Source of the DNA: Fibrobacterales bacterium
GTDB taxonomy: Bacteria; Fibrobacterota; Fibrobacteria; Fibrobacterales; JAOPTW01
Direction of reading: 5' to 3'
NCBI GenBank assembly: GCA_051532055.1
Contig: JAOPTX010000034.1
Span: 27,366-91,365, forward strand
DNA: 64,000 nucleotides
Every line of letters starts with the position of its first letter. The first letter of the stretch is position 1. Under the pieces are notes generated by a model that was not told the origin of the DNA, did no database searches, and saw nothing but the letters and a program-made list of their open reading frames with translations. The position numbers were made by a program, and so were the translations under genes. Shown here in pieces: positions 57,778-64,000 of the stretch.

Positions 57778-59637
57778 TTATAGTACATCTGTTCCCCGTT
57801 CAGTATAATGGGTATGGAGTAATGAGTGGGCCTTATGCCCCAAAATACCATCAGTGAGAAACTCCGCATATATTCTATGTACAGCAGGATTCTCATGTGA
57901 CTTACGTATTGCATACGATTCATCTTCTGCATAGATCGCTTTCATACGCTCCTTCCGAACAGCTTCAGTCGTTGGAATTGGCTGACCACCTCCTCCAATA
58001 CACCCTCCAGGGCAAGCCATGAACTCAATAAAGTGACACTCACTAAACTTACCACCCTCTTTAATATCCTCCAACACCTTTTTAGCATTGGCAGTACCAT
58101 GAGCAATAGCCACTTTAAGAGTCGCCCCTTTGAGCCAGTCCCAGTTATCAAGATACTGATTTAGAATATCAGGTACTGGTCCTACTGTTGCAATAGGGAG
58201 CTCCACATACTTGATCCCTTCAAAACCTCTCAGTGGAACAATGTTTGTCTTTTCAAAAAGGTCTTCAATTTTTTCACCCGTAACCAGTTCGTACACCGTT
58301 CTGATTGCGGCTTCCATCACACCACCTGTCGTACCAAATATCACACCAGACCCTGTCGCATCACCAAATGGATCATCAAAATCAGATTTTTCCTCATCAG
58401 GAAGGTGGATACCATGCTCTTTAATCATCTTGCCCATTTCGCGGGTAGTAAGTACATAGTCAACATCTTTGTGACCACTATCGTTCATCTCAGGCCTATC
58501 ACACTCATATTTCTTTGCAGAACAAGGCATAAGTGAAACTGATACAATCTCCTCTGGCTTAAGATTATTACATTCAGCAAAATAGGTCTTCATCACGGTA
58601 CCAAACATCTGCTGTGGTGATTTTGCTGATGAGAGATTGGGGATCATTTCAGGATAGAAGTGCTCAAGATACTTTACCCACCCTGGTGAGCACGAGGTAA
58701 ACTGTGGTAACGCCACATCATCTTTTTTTGCAACAAGTGCATTAAACAACCTCAATATCAGCTCTGTACCCTCTTCAAAAATAGTGAGATCAGCTGAAAA
58801 GTTTGTATCAAATACTTTGTCAAACCCCATTTTCCGAATAGCAGTATTCATTTGATAGGTCATTGAAGTCCCAGGCGTTAGCCCAAAAATCTCACCTATA
58901 CCTGCCCTTGGTGCAGGAGCGGTCTGAATCACCACAGTCTTACTTGGGTCGGCAATCTCATCCCACACATTTCGTTTAGCATTCTTAACTGTCAGAGCCG
59001 CAGTCGGACACCGATTGACACATTGTCCACAATTAATACAGACGACATCATCCATAGGCATATCATTGAAAGTCCCTATATATGACTCTGACCCTTTATC
59101 AAATGCTTCATATGCCCCAACTTCTTGAAGGTCGACACAGGTACGAATACAACGTCTACACAGCACACACTTGTCCATATCCCGGACAATTGAGTAGGCC
59201 GTATCATCAACGACAAAATCTCGCTCTACTTTTTTACCAAAAGTGAACTCTTTGATATCATGTATATCTGCAAGCTCTCTTAATTCACAATTACCATTAC
59301 GCTCACAGGCATAGCATTCCCCAACATGCTTAGATAGAAGGAGTTCAACAACATGTTTCCTAGCTTCTCGTACTTTTTGCGTCTGAGTCCGAATGGTCAT
59401 CTCTTGATTAATTGGAAAAGCACATGATGCCTGCAGTGTACGCATACCTTCTATTTCAACGACACAGACCCGACATACACCACCAAGCTCAAGGTCATCA
59501 TGCTGACACAGTGTTGGGATCTTAATACCTACTTCTCGAGCAGCCATTAAGATAGTTGTCCCTGTAGGCACGCGAACTTCTTTACCATCTATGGTCACTT
59601 TTATCAGACCACCAATTTGGTTTTGTGGAGCACTCAT
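57778..59637 (-). CDS. hydA: [FeFe]-hydrogenase catalytic subunit, M3-type (2Fe-2S + His-ligated 4Fe-4S + two 4Fe-4S + H-domain)
   Basis: 619 aa. H-cluster motif 2 is MPCSAKKYE and motif 3 is EFMACPGGCIGGGGQP. Motif 1 is the variant FTSCSPGWV. The N-terminal accessory-cluster motifs are all present. Confidence 0.9.
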   Translation of the reverse strand: MSAPQNQIGGLIKVTIDGKEVRVPTGTTILMAAREVGIKIPTLCQHDDLELGGVCRVCVVEIEGMRTLQASCAFPINQEMTIRTQTQKVREARKHVVELLLSKHVGECYACERNGNCELRELADIHDIKEFTFGKKVERDFVVDDTAYSIVRDMDKCVLCRRCIRTCVDLQEVGAYEAFDKGSESYIGTFNDMPMDDVVCINCGQCVNRCPTAALTVKNAKRNVWDEIADPSKTVVIQTAPAPRAGIGEIFGLTPGTSMTYQMNTAIRKMGFDKVFDTNFSADLTIFEEGTELILRLFNALVAKKDDVALPQFTSCSPGWVKYLEHFYPEMIPNLSSAKSPQQMFGTVMKTYFAECNNLKPEEIVSVSLMPCSAKKYECDRPEMNDSGHKDVDYVLTTREMGKMIKEHGIHLPDEEKSDFDDPFGDATGSGVIFGTTGGVMEAAIRTVYELVTGEKIEDLFEKTNIVPLRGFEGIKYVELPIATVGPVPDILNQYLDNWDWLKGATLKVAIAHGTANAKKVLEDIKEGGKFSECHFIEFMACPGGCIGGGGQPIPTTEAVRKERMKAIYAEDESYAIRKSHENPAVHRIYAEFLTDGILGHKAHSLLHTHYTERGTDVL

Positions 59638-61319
59638 TATTTACCCTCCTCATATCTCAATAGTTCACCTCTAAAGTGCTCTGCAATGTTCGCGAAAGCA
59701 CTACTACTAGTCTGACCGAGCCCACATTTTGATGCAACAGTCATTGAATTACTGAGCTTCAATAATTCTTCTAAATACTCCTCTTCACAGTCTCCATCAA
59801 CCATCTGATCGAGGCCTTCAAGTATTACCTCATTACCTTCTCGACAGGGAGTACACTGTCCACATGACTCCTCAGCAAAAAATTCCATAAAATTAATTGC
59901 TACTTGTCTCATATCTGTTTTCTGTCCAAAAACCATTATCGAGCCTCCCGTAGGTATATCTTCAAATGCAATGGATCGGTCAAAATCCTTCGCAGGGATA
60001 CACAACCCTGAAGCACCGCCCACCTGTACCGCTTTAGCATCACTACCACCGCACTCTGCCAACATCTCTTTAACCGTAATACCATATTGATATTCATAAA
60101 TTCCCGGTTTATCACAGTGCCCTGATATACTCAATATCTTTGTGCCTTTCGATTGCTCAGTACCTAGAGCGTTAAACCATTCTCCACCTTTAACAGTGAT
60201 AAATGCCACACTTATAAAAGTCTCTACATTATTTACGGATGTGGGTTTACCCATAAACCCGGTATCAACAGGAAAGGGCGGACGATTACGAGGCTCACCA
60301 CGCTTTCCTTCCATAGACTCAATAAGTGCAGTCTCTTCACCACAGATGTACGCCCCTGCACCCATTCTAATTTGTAGTTCAAAATTAAATCCATCTTTTC
60401 CACAAATATCTTTACCTAAAAGATTTGCGGCTACCCGTTCAGCAATTACTTCTTCAAGCTGATCCTTCATGTAGTAATACTCTGCTCGTAGATAAATTAA
60501 ACCATATCGAGCCCCAATTGCATAAGCACCAATAGTCATTCCTTCCAGTAATTCATGGGCTCGCTCAACAAGAAGCAACCGATCTTTAAATGTCCCCGGC
60601 TCACCCTCATCTGCATTGCAAACAATATATTTTTCATTACTTTGTGCAGCGCCAGCCAGTTGCCACTTCATCGCAGTTGGGAACCCAGCCCCACCTCGCC
60701 CTCGAATACCAGAAGCCCTTATCTCTGCAATAAGGTCTGGGCGACTCATAGAGAGAGCCTTCTGTATTGCCTCCCCCTTATCAATACTCGCCTCTAATAT
60801 GGCATCTTTTTTATGAATATTAAAGGGAACATCTACAGCACCCACACCTGACGCCTCAATAATTTCCGGAACCATTGTTGTAGTCACTTTTGCATAGAGT
60901 TTTTCATTGACGAGCACTCCAGGACCTTGATCACAAAGTCCCATACAGTTTGCATATTCAAGCGTCCATTCTCCATTCTCACTTGTTTCACCTATAGCTA
61001 TCCCAAGAGCTTCTTCAAAGGCCTCAACTATTTCTGCTTTCCCTGAAAGGTCACAGGATATAGTTTGGCATATGCTCACCACATTTTTTCCCGCCGCCTC
61101 TTGCGTTCTGAAAAATGAATAAAATGATGCGACTCCCTCTACCTCTGCTTTATGTATATCTAAAGCCGTTGCCACCTCTTGCAAAACCAAAGGAGGTAAC
61201 CACCCATATTCATTCTGCATATCATGGAGTATTGGCATGAGTGCGGACCGCGCCACTCCATGCTGTCCAGAGAGTTTCTTAACTTTTAGCTGGACTTTCA
61301 TACGATCTAAATCTGGCAT
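59637..61319 (-). CDS. Hydrogenase-associated flavoprotein: fused NuoE-like (2Fe-2S thioredoxin-like) and NuoF-like (FMN/NADH, 4Fe-4S) subunit
   Basis: 560 aa. The NuoE part has CQTISC...CMGLC. The NuoF part has GIRGRGGAGFPTAMKW, ESCGQCTPCREG and KCGLGQ. A TAATG overlap joins it to hydA. There is no C-terminal ferredoxin-like domain. Confidence 0.85.
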   Translation of the reverse strand: MPDLDRMKVQLKVKKLSGQHGVARSALMPILHDMQNEYGWLPPLVLQEVATALDIHKAEVEGVASFYSFFRTQEAAGKNVVSICQTISCDLSGKAEIVEAFEEALGIAIGETSENGEWTLEYANCMGLCDQGPGVLVNEKLYAKVTTTMVPEIIEASGVGAVDVPFNIHKKDAILEASIDKGEAIQKALSMSRPDLIAEIRASGIRGRGGAGFPTAMKWQLAGAAQSNEKYIVCNADEGEPGTFKDRLLLVERAHELLEGMTIGAYAIGARYGLIYLRAEYYYMKDQLEEVIAERVAANLLGKDICGKDGFNFELQIRMGAGAYICGEETALIESMEGKRGEPRNRPPFPVDTGFMGKPTSVNNVETFISVAFITVKGGEWFNALGTEQSKGTKILSISGHCDKPGIYEYQYGITVKEMLAECGGSDAKAVQVGGASGLCIPAKDFDRSIAFEDIPTGGSIMVFGQKTDMRQVAINFMEFFAEESCGQCTPCREGNEVILEGLDQMVDGDCEEEYLEELLKLSNSMTVASKCGLGQTSSSAFANIAEHFRGELLRYEEGK

Positions 61320-61327
61320 AAATCCCC

Positions 61328-61696
61328 CTACCCTAATAACTCTGAAACTTTTTCTATCAATGTCTCAGGCTTTGCAGGTTTATGAATGAAAATATCACAT
61401 GGAATCATCTCATCATCCCGCTCATATGAGAAACCTGTCACTTCATTTATTGAGCTCAACATAATAATTGGTTTCTTAAAACCATTTCGCTTAAGATCCT
61501 GTACCATAGTTATACCATCATCAGGGTCAGTCATCATAACATCTTGAATCAACAGGTCAGGAGATTCCGACTCAACTGCAGCCATTCCATCTAATCTATT
61601 ATGCGCCGAAACAACGGTGTGACCCTTTGCCTCAAGAGTTACTCTTATCATCTCAACCATATCGAGATCATCATCTACTACCAATATTTTTGACAT
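61328..61696 (-). CDS. Single-domain response regulator (receiver only)
   Basis: 122 aa from ATG 61696 (GAGGAG RBS). Motifs are VVDDD, LLIQDVMM (phospho-Asp) and IHKP. Its stop is 8 nt before the start of the flavoprotein gene, whose RBS overlaps it. Confidence 0.85.
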   Translation of the reverse strand: MSKILVVDDDLDMVEMIRVTLEAKGHTVVSAHNRLDGMAAVESESPDLLIQDVMMTDPDDGITMVQDLKRNGFKKPIIMLSSINEVTGFSYERDDEMIPCDIFIHKPAKPETLIEKVSELLG

Positions 61697-61922
61697 ATCT
61701 ACTCCTCGCCTCATTAATCATTAGAACACAAAAATTACAACTTTGTATTTTAATAATATACTCACTGTGTGAATTTGATAACAGAAAAATTCTGATTCTA
61801 AGATAACTTTACTATAAATAACTGCTCATTTAATTGAGAGTAAGCTAAAAAAAGTAAAAATGAGACTTTTTAGTAATTAATAGGGCATTCAGGATAGTAT
61901 TGAGATATGTACAGCTATATTA

Positions 61923-63050
61923 TCAATCGTCAGCATTAAATAGAGTAAGCGAGAAAGTAGTCCCCACATCCTCTGCACTCGTGACATCAATTGATCCATT
62001 ATAGAGATCTGATATTTTTTGAAGTATTGAGAGACCAAGACCGCTCCCTAATACATTTTTCGTCTTTTCGTTTTTAACCCGAGAGAACTCTTTAAATAAC
62101 CCTTTCAAATCTTGTTCAGACATACCAATACCACTATCTTTACAGATTATCTGCACACCATTTTCAAGCGGGCTCAAATAAAGATCAACGGTTCCACCAT
62201 CTTTATTGTATTTAACTGAGTTAGTCACTAAGTTATTTAATACAATTTGCATTTCAACCGAATCTGCACGAAAGGGAAGCGCATCAGGCACATGAAGAGT
62301 TATAGTTATTTTTCTCTCACGACAATCAAGGGCAACACTATCAAGAGAGCCTTGCGCTTGTTCGACCATATCAATATCTTCAAAGGTACGCACTTTATTG
62401 CCCGATTCGAGCCGTGTCAAGTCGAGTAGATCAAGAATCATTTTACGCATGCCAGTGAGGCGTATAATTGATCGATCAATCATAGTTTCATAGCTCGCAA
62501 TATCCTCACCCACGGCACGACTCTTCATGATATCAAGATACCCTTCAACAGCAGCAAGTGGAGCTTTGAGTTCATGACCAAGCACCGAGATAAATTGAAA
62601 TCTCACTTGTCGTTTTTCTTGCTCTAACTGTTTGGCCTTTCTTAGGAGAATAATACTTTTCGCGGCCTTTGTAATTCTACTCCGTAATTCTTCAGGAGTA
62701 AAAGGCTTTGAAATAAAGTCAAATGCACCATTCTTAGTTGCACTTATCGCTGCATCAATAGTTGCAAACGCAGTAGCAATTATTGTTAACGGCTTATTTT
62801 CTAATTCATTTGCGATATGCAATACTTCTATTCCCTGAATACCAGGTAATTTATGGTCGAGAATAAGTATATCGAATGGTTGATATTTAAGTTTCTCAAC
62901 GGCCTCTTCACCAGAAGCAACAGTAGTAATAGAGAAACCGACATCAGAAGATAGTTCTTTTAAAGGTAGTGTAAAATTTCGTAAAGATCTTTCGATACCA
63001 ATACGCATTCCGAATTCATCATCACATACAAGAACTTGAAGATTAATCAC
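61923..63050 (-). CDS. Hybrid protein: N-terminal receiver domain + HisKA + HATPase_c histidine kinase
   Basis: 375 aa with a GTG start. The REC domain has VCDDE, ILILDHKLPG and FISKPF. The H-box is ISVLGHELKAPL, the N-box is LNNLVTNSVKY, G1 is DSGIGM and G2 is GSGLGLS. Confidence 0.85.
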   Translation of the reverse strand: MINLQVLVCDDEFGMRIGIERSLRNFTLPLKELSSDVGFSITTVASGEEAVEKLKYQPFDILILDHKLPGIQGIEVLHIANELENKPLTIIATAFATIDAAISATKNGAFDFISKPFTPEELRSRITKAAKSIILLRKAKQLEQEKRQVRFQFISVLGHELKAPLAAVEGYLDIMKSRAVGEDIASYETMIDRSIIRLTGMRKMILDLLDLTRLESGNKVRTFEDIDMVEQAQGSLDSVALDCRERKITITLHVPDALPFRADSVEMQIVLNNLVTNSVKYNKDGGTVDLYLSPLENGVQIICKDSGIGMSEQDLKGLFKEFSRVKNEKTKNVLGSGLGLSILQKISDLYNGSIDVTSAEDVGTTFSLTLFNADD

Positions 63051-63120
63051 ACACTACCTATACTAATATACTTCCAAACAACTACCCAACAATGATACCA
63101 TTATTGGGTAGGATTTAAAA

Positions 63121-63516
63121 CTATTTATCTAACAATATGGTCACTTCACGAAGAAGTTGCTCTTTACGGATTTTTTTCTCGAGAAATGAGTCGACTTTGA
63201 TCCATTCTTTCTCTTGACGGGTTGTTGCATCAAAATGAATGCTCGTCTCACTAGTCACTGCAGTAACCATAATTACCGGAATCTCAGGATTAAGTTTTTT
63301 AACTCTATGTGCAAGAATAAAACCACTGTCCTTATTCTCCATCATAAGATCAAGAACTGCGAGATCAAACCCACCCTTCTCAATAACGTCCAATGCCTCA
63401 ACTTCAGATGTTGCCTCAATAACGGTGTATCCTTCTGATTCGAGGTACATCCGTGCTTGAATTCTTACATCTTCATCATCATCTACAACAAGTATGGTTG
63501 CATTTATATCTGCCAT
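63121..63516 (-). CDS. Single-domain response regulator (receiver only)
   Basis: 131 aa with a GGAGA RBS. Motifs are VVDDDED, LAVLDLMM and VIMVTAV. No output domain is present. Confidence 0.85.
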   Translation of the reverse strand: MADINATILVVDDDEDVRIQARMYLESEGYTVIEATSEVEALDVIEKGGFDLAVLDLMMENKDSGFILAHRVKKLNPEIPVIMVTAVTSETSIHFDATTRQEKEWIKVDSFLEKKIRKEQLLREVTILLDK

Positions 63517-63531
63517 GGTTTCTCCATCTAT

Positions 63532-64000
63532 TTAAGGTAAATCATTTTGCTTCACTGGAATGGTTATCACAAATGTAGTTCCAGTTCGGCCTTTTGTAAA
63601 ATCAGTATTGCTCTCAAAGGAAATTGTTCCTTTGTGGTTTTTAACTATCCCATAAGAGACTGCAAGTCCAAGACCAGTGCCTTGCCCTATAGTTTTAGTC
63701 GTAAAAAACGGTTCAAATATTCGCGAACTTATACTTGACTCGATTCCCGGGCCAGAATCTATGATCTCTATACGTACATTTTCTTCACCCGGTAGTACTT
63801 TCAACCCAATTTCGCCACCGTCGGGCATCACTTCCATTGCGTTATTAATAATATTTGTTATTACTTGAGACATTTGTAACGTATCGACTTCAACCATCGC
63901 ATCTGTCTCAGGGAATTGTTTAACAAAAAATATGTCATTTGGTTTTAGTAATGAGCGGGAGGCCTTTTCGACTACCGACACAACATTAACTTCTTCGAAT
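63532..64000 (-). CDS. Sensor histidine kinase, C-terminal HATPase_c part; 5' end lies outside the window
   Basis: The frame stays open to nt 64000 (FEEVNVVSVVEK...). The N-box is NIINNAMEV, G1 is DSGPGI, F is FEPFFTTK and G2 is GTGLGLAVS. Confidence 0.85.
   Translation of the reverse strand, partial: FEEVNVVSVVEKASRSLLKPNDIFFVKQFPETDAMVEVDTLQMSQVITNIINNAMEVMPDGGEIGLKVLPGEENVRIEIIDSGPGIESSISSRIFEPFFTTKTIGQGTGLGLAVSYGIVKNHKGTISFESNTDFTKGRTGTTFVITIPVKQNDLP

Overview
This is a 64-kb, densely coding chromosomal segment that looks AT-leaning (roughly 40% G+C by eye, not computed). I support about 45 CDS, one tRNA-Glu and several hairpin terminators. I saw no rRNA, CRISPR array, transposase, integrase or phage genes. 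The gene content suggests a diderm, fermentative anaerobe with a glycan-oriented surface: gmhA, LolA-like and beta-barrel proteins, many lipoboxes, and an [FeFe]-hydrogenase.

Layout, left to right:
- 1-7.2 kb: glycan biosynthesis. wecD-wecE-wecF-wzx are translationally coupled (a Fuc4NAc module like that of enterobacterial common antigen), followed by GT4, gmhA and GT32.
- 7.3-12.1 kb: an orphan MMPL/RND exporter, then an ABC exporter whose gene overlaps an ICMT-family methyltransferase gene.
- 12.2-17.7 kb: tRNA-Glu(UUC), a membrane class III adenylate cyclase, mnmD, thyA-folA, a Usp protein and a dimeric-type dUTPase.
- 17.9-21.5 kb: a lipoprotein plus a putative outer-membrane protein.
- 21.6-27.1 kb: a tetR-MMPL-LolA-like-DUF1302-like operon.
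- 27.2-38.7 kb: an accessory envelope cluster. It holds a Cys/DxDxDG-repeat lipoprotein, a secreted CotH kinase, two GT-C (ArnT/PMT-like) transferases and an LtaS-like transferase. Three NPCBM-like lectin domains are fused to these membrane transferases.
- 38.8-47.7 kb: a prs-like gene, glgP, an S41 protease, tmk and secA.
- 47.7-52.4 kb: a 1559-aa Ser-rich, coiled-coil membrane protein whose gene overlaps the secA start.
- 52.8-57.7 kb: a secreted 1055-aa protein (glycosidase-like N-terminus that seems to lack catalytic Glu residues), a GH16 laminarinase and a CBM-like lipoprotein.
- 57.8-64 kb: hydA plus a fused NuoE-NuoF flavoprotein gene, preceded by a receiver-only response regulator and an effector-less phosphorelay.

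Best candidates for undescribed biology:
- The NPCBM-decorated membrane-transferase cluster (27.2-38.7 kb).
- The hydrogenase whose H-cluster motif 1 reads TSCSP instead of TSCCP, co-transcribed with a receiver-only regulator.
- The giant protein gene coupled to secA.

All functional calls come from motif recognition by eye. No database search was run.
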